Below, piece by piece: positions 38,496 through 49,812 of a stretch of DNA of 64,000 nucleotides (positions are counted from its first letter, which is position 1; each line of letters opens with the position of its first letter). Source of the stretch: an uncultured bacterium. GTDB lineage: Bacteria > Patescibacteriota > Dojkabacteria > J137. The position numbers and the translations under genes are program-made. The stretch is from positions 66,058-130,057 of the forward strand of contig OY969472.1 of the NCBI GenBank assembly GCA_963700155.1. The letters are read 5' to 3'. The notes under the pieces were generated by a model. The model was given only the letters and a program-made list of their open reading frames with translations. It searched no databases and was not told the DNA's origin.

Positions 38496-39901
38496 TAAAC
38501 CCACATAGCCTCTATTCCAATTATATTATTATCAATTAGTTTTTTATCTTTCTGATCTAAAACTATCAAACTAGCTGAAGAAGGTTTGGTCTGGAATAAA
38601 TAGTTCCTCTGATCCTCGAAATTCAATAGATTTTGCTTAGTGTATCTTTCGATTACAATATATCTATCATCAGGACTGATTCTTGGAAGTTCTAGACTAC
38701 GATCTTCATCCTTTAATAAAACCTTTTCATTTCCTTTATTATCAATTTTCACAATTTCATAAATCCCTTTTGTTGTAGGTAATTCTTTATATTCTTGTGC
38801 AAAAATTATATCATCATCAGTAAAATCATATTCAGGATCAAGAACTGGTACATCACCATTAGTTAATTTTTTTTGCTTTCTGTCAGAAGTATAAACCGTA
38901 AGATATTGAGCTTTAGTATATGTCGATAAAGGATCATATGCTATATAAATTATTTTATCGCTGTCTTTGTTAAAACCACCATCAGCTAAAAACCTTTCCA
39001 ATACTGTTTTATCTGAAGGATTATCAATTGGTATAATGTAATAATATGAGTCACTTGATTTAAATAAAATACTTCCACCATCAGCAGAATACTTCATATC
39101 AATTATCTGTATTGAAAGATAATCACTATTCAAAATCTTATTAGTTCCAGAATCAATATCATATAAATTCAAATCAATCTGGTTAGAAGGTTGGGTATAT
39201 TCGTCTTTTTTTTCAATTTCTTGTGTTAAATAAATAAATTGATTTGCAACTGGTGAAAAATCTAATCTATCAATGGTGACAGAACCCAAATCAAATTTCT
39301 TAATTTCTCCTGTTTTAAGATTTTTAAATTGTAAACTATCAATTCCTTCACTATCTGTAACAACAACAAGATAATCTTTATTTAATGCGAACAGCTTAAT
39401 ATTTGATGTTTGAAATAGAACCTTTGGGTTCTGGAAGTCAGGATCTGCTAAAATTATTTGCTGATCACTTTGTGAGTTTTTTTGAATATAAGCTAAATGT
39501 AAATTTTCTGTTTTGAAATTATAGAGAAAATCTTCTGTTAAATTTTTTCCATAAACATCCTTCATATCCTTGCTGATTTTAATTTGGTAATCAGTTGAAG
39601 CTATTAAATTGCCTTTAAAAATGATAAACAAGGTATTATTTGACCATGATGTAGAAAAATTAGCTGATGGATTTATAGTTACATAGTGGGCCGATGAATC
39701 TTTATTCATCGGCCCACTAAAATATACTTTAACTCTTTGGTCTTTTATTCCTAATGAATTCTGATCTCCATTAATCTCAACAAATCTAACATGTGGAGCT
39801 GTATTCAAATTTAGATACACAAAAATAAGTATCAAAATTAAAATCACTACAATTGAAAATGACATTATAAGATTAAATTTGTCTTTAAAAAAAACCCTCA
39901 T
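38492..39901 (-). CDS. Ig-like (Big_5/SbsA) domain plus beta-propeller surface protein
   Basis: VYFSGPMN...MKDVYGKNL...FKT Ig signature; SPDD/SADG propeller repeats; in operon with the permease. Confidence 0.7.
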   Translation of the reverse strand: MRVFFKDKFNLIMSFSIVVILILILIFVYLNLNTAPHVRFVEINGDQNSLGIKDQRVKVYFSGPMNKDSSAHYVTINPSANFSTSWSNNTLFIIFKGNLIASTDYQIKISKDMKDVYGKNLTEDFLYNFKTENLHLAYIQKNSQSDQQIILADPDFQNPKVLFQTSNIKLFALNKDYLVVVTDSEGIDSLQFKNLKTGEIKKFDLGSVTIDRLDFSPVANQFIYLTQEIEKKDEYTQPSNQIDLNLYDIDSGTNKILNSDYLSIQIIDMKYSADGGSILFKSSDSYYYIIPIDNPSDKTVLERFLADGGFNKDSDKIIYIAYDPLSTYTKAQYLTVYTSDRKQKKLTNGDVPVLDPEYDFTDDDIIFAQEYKELPTTKGIYEIVKIDNKGNEKVLLKDEDRSLELPRISPDDRYIVIERYTKQNLLNFEDQRNYLFQTKPSSASLIVLDQKDKKLIDNNIIGIEAMWVY

Positions 39902-39909
39902 AAAATTTT

Positions 39910-40755
39910 TTAGTATATATATGGATTATTAGGTTCATCAATCTTTTCTAGATTATCAGCAATAATAACTAGCTGGTCTTTTCCTTCAATATTCTGAATA
40001 TCAAACTTTCCATGTACTAGAACCCAATCATCTACCTTAAATTCTTTGTCCCAATTCCCAGAAATAACAGGCATACCAACTGGTCTTGCATCAACTGCAC
40101 AACAAGTAATTACAAACCTTGAAACAAGAAATATATTACTTCCTAGTGAGTCTTTTTTGAAAATAAATCCTTTAACATTCACATTTTTACCTTTATAAAA
40201 ACTTAAGTCTGGGTTGTAATTTAGTGAAGTAATCCAATCACCTAAATCATAATTATCTGTGTTTGAAAATGTTTGCACAACTGAGCTGCTTCCCTGTAGG
40301 CTTACAGTATTAAAATCAGATTCTCTTTGATATGCTGTAATTGAAGAAAGGCTTTTTGGCGCGGTAAAAATGAATAATAAAAGACAAATAGTTAATCCAA
40401 GATAACTTATATAAACTGGAATATGAACTTTTTTAAAGAACACTATTGTTAATAATAAATCTAATAAAAGCAAATTAACATTTACTACAAAAGCCAAAAA
40501 GCCCACCACAAACAATATAATAAATTTGCCGATAAACCCCCTATACTTGAGAATCCAAGGTTTTATAGTTTTATAGTTTTTGAATAATAGATACAAAAGA
40601 CCTAATAAAGAAACTGATAAAGCAGTGAGACTTGCAATGTGGCTATATTCAAAGAAATTAGGATTAATATAATTATTTATCTGATTTGTTGTATAAAGAT
40701 AAAGATTATATCCTCCAAAAACTAAAATTATTATCAGCTTTAAAAATAACTTCAT
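39910..40755 (-). CDS. TIGR03943/DUF1980 (YcgQ-like) membrane protein
   Basis: YINP, RFVITCCAVDA, DDWV, NPYIY. Confidence 0.85.
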   Translation of the reverse strand: MKLFLKLIIILVFGGYNLYLYTTNQINNYINPNFFEYSHIASLTALSVSLLGLLYLLFKNYKTIKPWILKYRGFIGKFIILFVVGFLAFVVNVNLLLLDLLLTIVFFKKVHIPVYISYLGLTICLLLFIFTAPKSLSSITAYQRESDFNTVSLQGSSSVVQTFSNTDNYDLGDWITSLNYNPDLSFYKGKNVNVKGFIFKKDSLGSNIFLVSRFVITCCAVDARPVGMPVISGNWDKEFKVDDWVLVHGKFDIQNIEGKDQLVIIADNLEKIDEPNNPYIY

Positions 40756-41762
40756 TATATAAAGTGGTTAACAATTAAACCAATTAAAACACTAAACAGT
40801 GTTACAAACAAAGTAATTAAAACTAGAACTTTTAATTTGAATGTGCTTTTCATCATGGTTAAAATTTTCATATCAATCATTGGTCCAAAAACTAGAAATG
40901 AAACTATTGAACCAATCGTAAATGTTCCAACATAAGGTAAAGCTACAAAAGCATCAACATTTGAACAAACTGAGATCACGAATGCAAATAGTATCATGGC
41001 AATAATTGACAGAAACGGGCTTTGCCCTATAGCTGTAATAACATCTCTTGGAATAAATACTTGCGATAAAGCTGCAAAAACCGCACCAATTGTCAGCATT
41101 TTTGCAACTTCAATAAACTCATTTTGAAATATTTCGATTCCTTCAAAAAACATTCCATGATCATGATGTTCATGAACTTCACAAACTTCTCCATAAAATT
41201 CATCAGTTAAGAGTGAATTCTGATCTTTTTTATAACTTATTAATATTCCTATAAAATTTGCAACAATAAAGGCCGAAACTGCCCTAATTAGAACTATTGA
41301 AGTATCAGGTGCAAACGCTTGATAGGTTGCCCATAATGTTATGGGATTAACAACAGGAGCTGCAAGTAAAAAAGTAACTGACTGTGACACAGTAAAGTTC
41401 TTAGCTATTAATCTTCTTGCGACAGGAACATTTCCACACTCACAGACTGGCATTAAGAATCCTAAAAGTGATATTAAAATATGACTTACAAATCTATTTT
41501 TTGGTAAATGTTTATGAAGCCATTCTTCGCTAACAAATAAACCTACTATAACTGAAACAGCAACTCCTAATAAAATGAACGGGAAAGCTTCAACTATTAC
41601 ACTTAAAAATAAAGTTATAAATTCCTGAACTTTTGCAGCTAAAATCTGTCCATTTGGGTCATAGGCAAGATACTGGTCTAAATTAAAAAGTTTAAACAGA
41701 TATACACCTGCTACAATTAAAAGTATTAAAATAAGAAAAGAATTTTGTTTTAACAATTTCAT
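40755..41762 (-). CDS. DUF318 (YcgR-like) permease
   Basis: EAFPF, PVCECG, LLAAPVVNP, SVCSNVDAF, GPMIDMK. Confidence 0.88.
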   Translation of the reverse strand: MKLLKQNSFLILILLIVAGVYLFKLFNLDQYLAYDPNGQILAAKVQEFITLFLSVIVEAFPFILLGVAVSVIVGLFVSEEWLHKHLPKNRFVSHILISLLGFLMPVCECGNVPVARRLIAKNFTVSQSVTFLLAAPVVNPITLWATYQAFAPDTSIVLIRAVSAFIVANFIGILISYKKDQNSLLTDEFYGEVCEVHEHHDHGMFFEGIEIFQNEFIEVAKMLTIGAVFAALSQVFIPRDVITAIGQSPFLSIIAMILFAFVISVCSNVDAFVALPYVGTFTIGSIVSFLVFGPMIDMKILTMMKSTFKLKVLVLITLFVTLFSVLIGLIVNHFI

Positions 41763-41807
41763 TTATTTAGTTTAAAATCTCTATCATTATACTCTTGAGA
41801 TTCATTT

Positions 41808-44288
41808 ATGACACCAATGCAAGAACAATACAATCGAATCAAACATGAATATGGTGATGCTATAGTACTTTTCAGGCTTGGTGATTTTTATGAAGCTTTT
41901 GATGAAGATGCCGTCAGTATTTCAAAAATTTTAGGAATCACACTAACCGGACGAGGTAAGAATGAAACACGAAGACCAATGGCAGGAATTCCACATCATG
42001 CACTTCCTAACTATTTACCCAAATTAATTGAAGCCAATCTGAAAATTGCTATTGCTGATCAAATGGAAGAGCCTGTTGCAGGAAAATTAGTTGAAAGGCA
42101 AGTTACAAAATTAATCACACCAGGAACAATTTTAGATGAAAATTCTTTGGATAGCTCAAAGAATAACTATATAGCTTCAGTATTTTTTGATGAAAAGAAT
42201 ATTTGTTTAACTTATTGTGATCTTTCAACTGGAGAATTAAAAACATTTGAGACCAACTCAGCTGCCGCTTTCAAAATAGAACTAAATAAAATTGCACCTG
42301 CAGAGGTGATTATTCTTGAAAAGCAGAAAGAAAAACTTAATGAAATGACAGATTTTTTTCTAGAAGCTGTTGAAGATAAAAATTCTGACTATAAAAAAAA
42401 CTATGAGTTATTAACTAAACAATTTGGGACTTCAAACTTAAAAGGCTTTGGAATTGAAAATAACGAAGGAATAATCACCTCTGCAGGAATACTTATTCAA
42501 TATTTAATAGATTGCCAAAAAACTGAATTAAATCATATTAAAGATATTAAAATATACAATTATTCAGATTTTATGCATCTGGATATGGAAACCATAAGAA
42601 ATCTCGAGCTGGTTTTCCCTATGAATAATTCAGGGCAAGATTCTACTCTATTTTACTTTTTGAATGGATGTGAGACTTCTATGGGTAAAAGGAAATTAAG
42701 AAACTGGATAATAAACCCATTAATTAATAAAGAAATGCTGGAAGATAGAATAGAATCTGTAGATTATTTTTTTGAAAACCCAATTATTACATCAGAGTTA
42801 AAAGAGAATCTTAGTAATATTATAGATTTAGAGAGGGTTGCTGGAAAAATTGGAGTTGGATCAGCTAATCCAAAAGATCTATATGCTTTAAAACTAAGTT
42901 TAAGATTTGTATTTGAATTTTTTAAAAATTTAAAAGAAATTGATACAAAACTGCCTACGAGAATCGAGCATTTAGTTAACCAATCTGAACAATTAGAAGT
43001 AGAAATTCAAAAGAATATAATCGAACTAATCGAAAAAAGTATTAAGGAAGATCCACCTGCAATAATTAGTGAAGGAGGAATTATAAATGATCAATACAAT
43101 CATGAAGTTGATGAATTAAGAGAAATTAGAACAAATGCAAGGTCAATTTTAGCTAAGATGCAACAGGAAGAAATTGTAAAAACAAGTATCCCCTCTTTGA
43201 AAATTTCATATAACAATGTTTTTGGATATTATATTGAAGTTACAAGAACCCATCTTGATAAGGTTCCAGATTCATATATTCGTAAACAAACTTTAGCAAA
43301 CGCGGAAAGATTTATAACTGAAGAGTTAAAAGTTCTTGAAGAAAAAATATTAAGTGCGCAAGATAATTTATTGAGATTAGAAAGTGAACTTTACAAAAAT
43401 ATAATAGGAGAAATCTCAAAGCATTTAGAAGTTTTATTGGGGCTTGCAGATCTTGTATCTGAAATCGATGTTCTTTCCAACTTTGGTTATATTTCCCGAA
43501 AGTACCAATACTGCAAGCCCCACCTAGTAGATTCAGATATTCTAAACATTGAAAACGGAAGACATCCAGTTGTTGAACGTCTAATTAGTAGCTTTACTCC
43601 AAATTCAACAAAATTTGACAAGAATTCAAAAATACACATTCTTACCGGACCAAATATGTCTGGGAAATCAACTTATATTAGACAAACGGCTTTGATCGTT
43701 TTAATGGCTCAGATTGGCTGTTTCGTTCCAGCAGATAAGTGTGAACTATCAATTATTAACAGAATCTTTACCAGAGTTGGGGCTTCAGATAATTTAAGTC
43801 GAGGTGAGTCCACATTTATGGTTGAGATGAACGAAACAGCCAACATTCTAAATAATGCTGATTCTAAGAGCTTGATTATTCTTGATGAAGTTGGGAGAGG
43901 AACAAGTACTTATGATGGAGTTGCAATTGCATGGTCAATTATTGAATATATTTCAAAGCATTTGAAAAGCAAGACTCTTTTTGCAACTCATTACCACGAA
44001 CTTACAGAACTTGAAAACAGAATGAATTCAATTAAAAATTATAATGTAGAGGTTCTTGAAGATAATGGTGAAATAATGTTTAAACATAAAATTATTGAAG
44101 GTTCTGCAAATAAAAGCTATGGAGTACATGTTGCTATGATTGCAGGTGTACCCAAGGAAGTTGTAACCAGAGCAAATGAAATATTGAAGAATTTTGAGAA
44201 TCCTGATAATAATAAACAGACAAAGGATAAGAAAAACTCTCCTACTACTCCGAAGAAAATTCATCCGGAGCAGTTAGGACTAATTTAA
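41808..44288 (+). CDS. mutS: DNA mismatch repair protein MutS
   Basis: TPMQEQY, GDFYE, GPNMSGKST, DEVGRGTST, ATHYHEL. Confidence 0.97.
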   Translation: MTPMQEQYNRIKHEYGDAIVLFRLGDFYEAFDEDAVSISKILGITLTGRGKNETRRPMAGIPHHALPNYLPKLIEANLKIAIADQMEEPVAGKLVERQVTKLITPGTILDENSLDSSKNNYIASVFFDEKNICLTYCDLSTGELKTFETNSAAAFKIELNKIAPAEVIILEKQKEKLNEMTDFFLEAVEDKNSDYKKNYELLTKQFGTSNLKGFGIENNEGIITSAGILIQYLIDCQKTELNHIKDIKIYNYSDFMHLDMETIRNLELVFPMNNSGQDSTLFYFLNGCETSMGKRKLRNWIINPLINKEMLEDRIESVDYFFENPIITSELKENLSNIIDLERVAGKIGVGSANPKDLYALKLSLRFVFEFFKNLKEIDTKLPTRIEHLVNQSEQLEVEIQKNIIELIEKSIKEDPPAIISEGGIINDQYNHEVDELREIRTNARSILAKMQQEEIVKTSIPSLKISYNNVFGYYIEVTRTHLDKVPDSYIRKQTLANAERFITEELKVLEEKILSAQDNLLRLESELYKNIIGEISKHLEVLLGLADLVSEIDVLSNFGYISRKYQYCKPHLVDSDILNIENGRHPVVERLISSFTPNSTKFDKNSKIHILTGPNMSGKSTYIRQTALIVLMAQIGCFVPADKCELSIINRIFTRVGASDNLSRGESTFMVEMNETANILNNADSKSLIILDEVGRGTSTYDGVAIAWSIIEYISKHLKSKTLFATHYHELTELENRMNSIKNYNVEVLEDNGEIMFKHKIIEGSANKSYGVHVAMIAGVPKEVVTRANEILKNFENPDNNKQTKDKKNSPTTPKKIHPEQLGLI

Positions 44289-44296
44289 ATTTTATA

Positions 44297-44773
44297 TTGA
44301 TTTTTATGATCGACTTGCCTGATCCAATTTTAGATGACTCTTTAGATTCTTTTAGTTGGGATGAATTATATACTTTCAAATCAAGTTTTGTTCAAGAAAA
44401 TCAAAAAGTACTCGAAGATTTGAAAGTTAAAATAATAAATAAAACATTTGATAATACCGAACTTTTTAAAGATTTTAAAATAGATAATAAACCGCTAAAT
44501 ATTTTAAAAATTGAGCGAGCTAAATTAGATTATTTGTGCTTTAGTCTTGTATTTTTCTCATTTATAAAAACAGGTGATATTTCAAAATTTGAACCCAGCA
44601 TATTAAAATTAACTAAAGAATTTATTGACCACTTTCAAAGTAAAGTTGAAGATGTTTTTTATATTCTAATAGAAAAAGACACTAAACCTTATAATGTTAG
44701 TCGTATGAAAGAGCTTAGCTTAATAATAGATGAAGTTATAGAAGCTGTGACTGCAATTAATGATGCGGTATAA
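44297..44773 (+). CDS. hypothetical protein
   Basis: 158 aa ORF. Confidence 0.45.
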   Translation: MIFMIDLPDPILDDSLDSFSWDELYTFKSSFVQENQKVLEDLKVKIINKTFDNTELFKDFKIDNKPLNILKIERAKLDYLCFSLVFFSFIKTGDISKFEPSILKLTKEFIDHFQSKVEDVFYILIEKDTKPYNVSRMKELSLIIDEVIEAVTAINDAV

Positions 44774-44993
44774 AAAAGTTAATATCTTTATTGTAGATAT
44801 TTGCTAATTCAATAAGCTCAATTATATCAAGCCTTCTATCACCATTTTCAATTTTTGAGATATATGATGCGTATTTATTAATCTTATCAGCAACATATTC
44901 TTGCTTAAAACCAGCCTCTCTTCTAGCTTCTCTTAACTTTTTTGTAATAAATTCATACTTTGGGTCGTAGATGCTTTTAATCGAGTTCTTCAT
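44757..44993 (-). CDS. XRE-family HTH regulator
   Basis: LREARREAGFKQ...YISKIENGDRRLDIIEL. Confidence 0.85.
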   Translation of the reverse strand: MKNSIKSIYDPKYEFITKKLREARREAGFKQEYVADKINKYASYISKIENGDRRLDIIELIELANIYNKDINFFIPHH

Positions 44994-45123
44994 AGAGAAT
45001 CAATAATATGTAAACTTAGATAATTTAAAATCAGTTTGAATATTAAACTGTAAGGTGTATTTTACCAAAAGAGAAACTAAATTACCTTTAAGAATGTGTA
45101 AATTTTACATTAAAATTTCTGGT

Positions 45124-45150
45124 TTAGCAGAAACTATCAAGTTCTGCTAA
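45124..45150 (+). promoter_or_regulatory. CIRCE-like operator upstream of hrcA
   Basis: perfect inverted repeat TTAGCAGAA-N9-TTCTGCTAA. Confidence 0.75.
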
Positions 45151-45184
45151 AATATGTTATAAATAACCTGGTTAAAAATACTCA

Positions 45185-45919
45185 ATGGATATAACAGATA
45201 GGCAAAAAAAACTTTTATTAACTATAATTCAAGAATTCATTGAAACTGCTGAAGCAGTCGGTTCAATAAGTCTTCAAAACAAATATAAATTCAAAGTAAG
45301 CCCTGCAACAATTAGAAATGAAATGGCTGAACTTGTCTTACAAGGTTATTTATATCAAAAAAACAGTAGTGGAGGAAGAATTCCTACAACAAAAGGCTGG
45401 AGATATTTTATAGAAACTTTAATAAGTGCTGGTCTTTGGGATGAACCTGATATTGTTACAAAAGAACAGATTAAAACTAATTTAAATAAAGTAAAGTTTA
45501 ATAATAATGAATTAATTAGGAAAGCCATAAATTATCTAAGTGAATTATCTGATAATGCCGCATTTGCTTTAATTGATGGAGACATTTATTATGCAGGGCT
45601 CTCAAATATGGTTGATATACCTGAGTTTAGAGAAATTGGGAAAATGCAGAAAATTTTAGCGCTTTTGGAAGACTATTATACACTTTCAGAAATTGTTAAT
45701 AAACATCTTGTTGATGATGATATTAATATTTTAATAGGTGAAGAAGCCGAACAAACTGAGTTTGAGGATTATGCTGTTGTATTTTCTGAGATCAGAACAC
45801 ATCAAAATCAAAAAGGATATATTGCTGTAATAGGGCCGAATAGAATGCCTTATAATCAAATTATTCCTGCTATCAAGTATCTTGCAGATACTTTACGAAA
45901 GTTAGTTTCAAATTGGTGA
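45185..45919 (+). CDS. hrcA: heat-inducible transcription repressor HrcA (short form)
   Basis: SPATIRNEM, SGGRIPT, IGPNRMPY. Confidence 0.93.
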   Translation: MDITDRQKKLLLTIIQEFIETAEAVGSISLQNKYKFKVSPATIRNEMAELVLQGYLYQKNSSGGRIPTTKGWRYFIETLISAGLWDEPDIVTKEQIKTNLNKVKFNNNELIRKAINYLSELSDNAAFALIDGDIYYAGLSNMVDIPEFREIGKMQKILALLEDYYTLSEIVNKHLVDDDINILIGEEAEQTEFEDYAVVFSEIRTHQNQKGYIAVIGPNRMPYNQIIPAIKYLADTLRKLVSNW

Positions 45920-45962
45920 TTTTTAAATATTTTTTTTAAGTAAATTATTAGATTTTTGTTTT

Positions 45963-46889
45963 ATGGAAAGTTTAAGTAATAAAATTAAGAAAATAGTTAA
46001 TGAAGCAAAAGCTTTAAGAGAAAAATATATTTTAGATACTCCAGCTGAATTAGATTATGTTGCCTTATTTACACATAAAAATAAAGAATATGAATTCTAT
46101 TTAGAAGAAGCTAGTAAAATAGGGAAAATAAAAAGTGAAAACAAAACTGGTGTAACTTTTGAGTTAAATGAAAACTATGAAACTATTGATGGTGAATTTA
46201 AATTTCTAAAAATAAGAAAACCTGATGATAAAAAAACACAATTAGGTGCACCCGATTATAAAATTGCAAACTATGAAGAATTTAAAAATAAATATCTTGA
46301 TAATTTTCATTTTATTATAAAAAAGTCATCAGATGGATTTGAGCTTATTGAATTATCTGATAAAGACTTTGATGTTTTGATTTACTTTCCAAGAATTCCG
46401 CTAAGTTCAGAAAAAGAAAATACCAATTCAAATCTAGATGAATTGCAGGAACTAAAGCTTCAATTAACTGAAGAGAAGGGGAAAAGATTGCAGTTGATGG
46501 CGGATTTCCAGAACTTCCAAAAAAGAATAAATGAGGAGAAATCCGCCTGGGGTGCTTTATCAAATATGGCGTTGATCCAAGATATTCTTGAAGTCTTTGA
46601 TGATATTGAGCTAGCCATGAATGATGAGAATTTAACATTAGAGCATGCAAAGCATTCATTGAAATCTGCACAAGATAAAATAATAGCTGCAGCATTAAAA
46701 GCAGGAGTAGAAAAAATTGAAGTTAATGTTGGCGATGAATTTGATAAAGAAAAAATGGAAGCAGTAACAATGGTTCCTGTACAAGATAAAAAACAATCTG
46801 GAAGAGTCATTGCAGTTATTAGTTCAGCATATAAATTGACAAACAAGGAAGGTATCTTAAGACCTGCTAAGGTTGTTATAGGTAAATAA
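45963..46889 (+). CDS. grpE: GrpE nucleotide exchange factor with extra N-terminal domain
   Basis: ADFQNFQKR, GDEFD...EAV, LRPAKVVIG in C-terminal half; between hrcA and dnaK. Confidence 0.85.
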   Translation: MESLSNKIKKIVNEAKALREKYILDTPAELDYVALFTHKNKEYEFYLEEASKIGKIKSENKTGVTFELNENYETIDGEFKFLKIRKPDDKKTQLGAPDYKIANYEEFKNKYLDNFHFIIKKSSDGFELIELSDKDFDVLIYFPRIPLSSEKENTNSNLDELQELKLQLTEEKGKRLQLMADFQNFQKRINEEKSAWGALSNMALIQDILEVFDDIELAMNDENLTLEHAKHSLKSAQDKIIAAALKAGVEKIEVNVGDEFDKEKMEAVTMVPVQDKKQSGRVIAVISSAYKLTNKEGILRPAKVVIGK

Positions 46890-46897
46890 CTTCTTTC

Positions 46898-46938
46898 TTG
46901 ACAATCAAAAGTTAGCAGGTATACAATTAGAGTGCTAA
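46898..46938 (+). promoter_or_regulatory. dnaK promoter overlapped by CIRCE
   Basis: TTGACA-N18-TACAAT; TTAGCAGGT-N9-GAGTGCTAA at 46912-46938. Confidence 0.8.
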
Positions 46939-46965
46939 TTTAAAATAAATATTATTAAAATTATT

Positions 46966-48906
46966 ATGGCAAAAGTAGTAGGAATAGATTTAGGAACAAC
47001 TAACTCGGTTGTTGCATTCGTTCAGGCAGGTAAGCCTGAAGTTATTACCAGCAAAGAAGGTTCAAGATTAATCCCTTCTGTTGTTGCTATCGACAATAAA
47101 ACTGAAATTGTAGGAATCACAGCAAAAAACCAGATGGTAACTAATCCTGGACAGACTTTTTATTCAATAAAAAGATTAATCGGAAGACATTATGATGATC
47201 CTGAAGTTCAAAAAGATGTTAAATTACTCCCATTTGATATTAGAAAAGGAGACAAAGGTGGTGTGGAAATTAAATTTGGAGATGAATGGGTTGCTCCTGA
47301 AGTTATCTCTGCTAAAGTTCTTGCAAAGATAAAAACTGATGCTGAAGCTTATTTAGGAGAAAAAATTACTGAAGCTGTTATTACAGTACCGGCTTATTTT
47401 GATGACTCACAAAGACAAGCAACAAAAAATGCAGGTAAAATCGCTGGTTTCGATGTAAAAAGAATTATTAATGAACCTACTGCTGCAGCTATAGCTTATG
47501 GATTAGATAAGCAAGGAGATCAGACAATTGCAGTTTATGACTTAGGAGGAGGTACTTTTGATATTTCAATCTTAGAAATCGGAGATGGAGTTTATGAAGT
47601 TAAATCAACTAATGGAGACACACACCTTGGAGGTGATGACTTTGACCAGGCTTTGATTGACTACTTTACAGATGAATTCAAAAAGGGACAAGGAATTGAC
47701 TTAAGAGAAGATCCTACAGCTTTACAACGATTAAAAGAGGCTGCTGAAAAGGCTAAGATTACCTTATCAAGTTCAGAATCAACAGAAGTAAATCTTCCAT
47801 ATATTACAGCAGATGCAAAAGGCCCAAAACACTTCAGAATGAATATTACAAGAGCCCAATACGAAAAATTAGTTGGAGACTTGGTAGAAAAAACTTTTGC
47901 TGCAGTCGATAAAGCTATAAAAGATGCAGGAGTTTCAAAGAGCGATATTCATGAAGTTATTATGGTTGGAGGAATGACTAGAATGCCTTTAGTTTTGAGA
48001 AGGGTTGAAGAATATTTTGGAAAGAAACCAAACCAATCTGTTAATCCTGATGAAGTTGTAGCAGTTGGAGCTGCATTACAGGCTGCAGTATTAGCAGGAG
48101 ATTCAAATGTTCAGGATATTACTCTATTGGATGTAACTCCTCTTTCATTAGGAATAGAAGTTAATGCGGGGGAAATGCATGTATTAATTGCAAGAAATAC
48201 TACAATTCCAACAGAAAAATCTGAAGACATGTTTACTACTGCAGTTGATAATCAACCTGCAATTGATGTCAAAGTTCTCCAAGGAGAAAGACCACTAGCT
48301 AATGATAATAAAGTTTTAGGCACTTTCAGATTAGATGGCATTGCACCAGCACCAAGAGGAGTTCCAAGATTCTCGATAACATTTAAAATTGATGCAAACG
48401 GTATTTTAAACGTTAAAGCAAAAGATTTAGGGACAAATAAAGAGAAAGATATAACTATTACAGCTTCAACAAACATGGATCAATCAGAAATTGATAAAAG
48501 AGTTAAAGAAGCTGAAGAAAATAGAGCAAAAGACGATGCAGTCGTAGAAAGATTAAAAGCAAAAAATGAAGCTGATACTCTAGTCTATCAATCTGAAAAA
48601 TTAATAAGTGATAATAAAGAAAAAATAGGTGAAGATATGGTAAAGCAGATTGAAGAGAAAGTTAAGATTGTTAAGGATTTGATTTCAAAAGAAGACTTTA
48701 ATACAGAAGAAGTTAAAAAAGCGAGTGATGACTTAATGAATAAAATGCAGGAAGCAGGAGCAAAGGTTTATGAAGATATAAATAAAGCTGAAGCTGCTGC
48801 TCAGGAAGGGTCTAAAGATAGTCAAGCAGATAATCCAGAAGATAAAAAAGATGCTGACAAACCTGCAGAAGGAGAAGTTATAGAACCAGAAGATAAGAAA
48901 GAGTAA
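46966..48906 (+). CDS. dnaK: chaperone DnaK
   Basis: [33 protein letters not shown]. Confidence 0.98.
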   Translation: MAKVVGIDLGTTNSVVAFVQAGKPEVITSKEGSRLIPSVVAIDNKTEIVGITAKNQMVTNPGQTFYSIKRLIGRHYDDPEVQKDVKLLPFDIRKGDKGGVEIKFGDEWVAPEVISAKVLAKIKTDAEAYLGEKITEAVITVPAYFDDSQRQATKNAGKIAGFDVKRIINEPTAAAIAYGLDKQGDQTIAVYDLGGGTFDISILEIGDGVYEVKSTNGDTHLGGDDFDQALIDYFTDEFKKGQGIDLREDPTALQRLKEAAEKAKITLSSSESTEVNLPYITADAKGPKHFRMNITRAQYEKLVGDLVEKTFAAVDKAIKDAGVSKSDIHEVIMVGGMTRMPLVLRRVEEYFGKKPNQSVNPDEVVAVGAALQAAVLAGDSNVQDITLLDVTPLSLGIEVNAGEMHVLIARNTTIPTEKSEDMFTTAVDNQPAIDVKVLQGERPLANDNKVLGTFRLDGIAPAPRGVPRFSITFKIDANGILNVKAKDLGTNKEKDITITASTNMDQSEIDKRVKEAEENRAKDDAVVERLKAKNEADTLVYQSEKLISDNKEKIGEDMVKQIEEKVKIVKDLISKEDFNTEEVKKASDDLMNKMQEAGAKVYEDINKAEAAAQEGSKDSQADNPEDKKDADKPAEGEVIEPEDKKE

Positions 48907-48926
48907 AAGCTACAAAATATTAAGAT

Positions 48927-48962
48927 AAAAAAAGGGGGTTTTCTTTGAAAACCCCCTTTTTT
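48927..48962 (+). terminator. bidirectional intrinsic terminator
   Basis: AAAAAAGGGGGTTTT...AAAACCCCCTTTTTT. Confidence 0.85.
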
Positions 48963-48984
48963 ATAACTACAATCTTTAATTTAA

Positions 48985-49227
48985 TTATTTTGTAAAATAT
49001 TCATAATACTTCTGTATTTCTACATTATAATCAGTATTTAGTGCTGATTCATATACTTCAGATAAAAGAGTAATTGCTTCTTCTTTTAAATTACTTAAAG
49101 TTTCTTGGTCAATTTCTTGATCGAGCTCTTCAGTTAATTTTTTGTAAATCTGTCTAAGTCTATTCATACAATCTTTAACGTTTATTACTTCGTGATTTGA
49201 AGATTGTTTTAAAAATGAAGAATCCAT
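48985..49227 (-). CDS. hypothetical protein
   Basis: 80 aa ORF. Confidence 0.45.
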   Translation of the reverse strand: MDSSFLKQSSNHEVINVKDCMNRLRQIYKKLTEELDQEIDQETLSNLKEEAITLLSEVYESALNTDYNVEIQKYYEYFTK

Positions 49228-49243
49228 ATATATTAAATAATAA

Positions 49244-49699
49244 TTAAGCTTCTAAAATTTTTAGTTCTTTTTTCTTATGGTCTAATAAAATATTCATTAA
49301 ATTACTAACATTAAGTTTAACATCATTTTCGCTATCAACGTTTATAATACCAATATGTTTTAAATATTCTAATAAATTATCATAAAGTGACTGAAAAAAT
49401 TCTTTTAGAATACCTACGGTAATCCCTGAAGTTTCGATAGCGCCTTTTTCAAGATCCACAAAAAGATTCATTATATTCTTCCAATTTTCTTCAAGTTTAA
49501 CTAATTCATTTGATCTCAAAATTGTAGTATTTCTAAAAAATAACTTTCTATTAAATTCATTAAGAAATAGAAGTGATTGTTTTATTTCATCAGGAAGATC
49601 AATTACTTCACAATTGTTTTTAACTTGATTAAACTTTACAAGAGAATCTCTTGCAGTTAAGTTTACCTCGTCAACTGTCAAAGTTTTTTTATTGGGCAT
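49244..49699 (-). CDS. hypothetical protein
   Basis: 151 aa ORF. Confidence 0.5.
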   Translation of the reverse strand: MPNKKTLTVDEVNLTARDSLVKFNQVKNNCEVIDLPDEIKQSLLFLNEFNRKLFFRNTTILRSNELVKLEENWKNIMNLFVDLEKGAIETSGITVGILKEFFQSLYDNLLEYLKHIGIINVDSENDVKLNVSNLMNILLDHKKKELKILEA

Positions 49700-49812
49700 A
49701 ATATGACTATAACATGTAGATTCATTGGATTATATAAACTGTTAAATAATTAATCAAATAATTTTATCTGATATAATCCTTAAATATTTATAGTATTTGA
49801 TATAATAATTAA

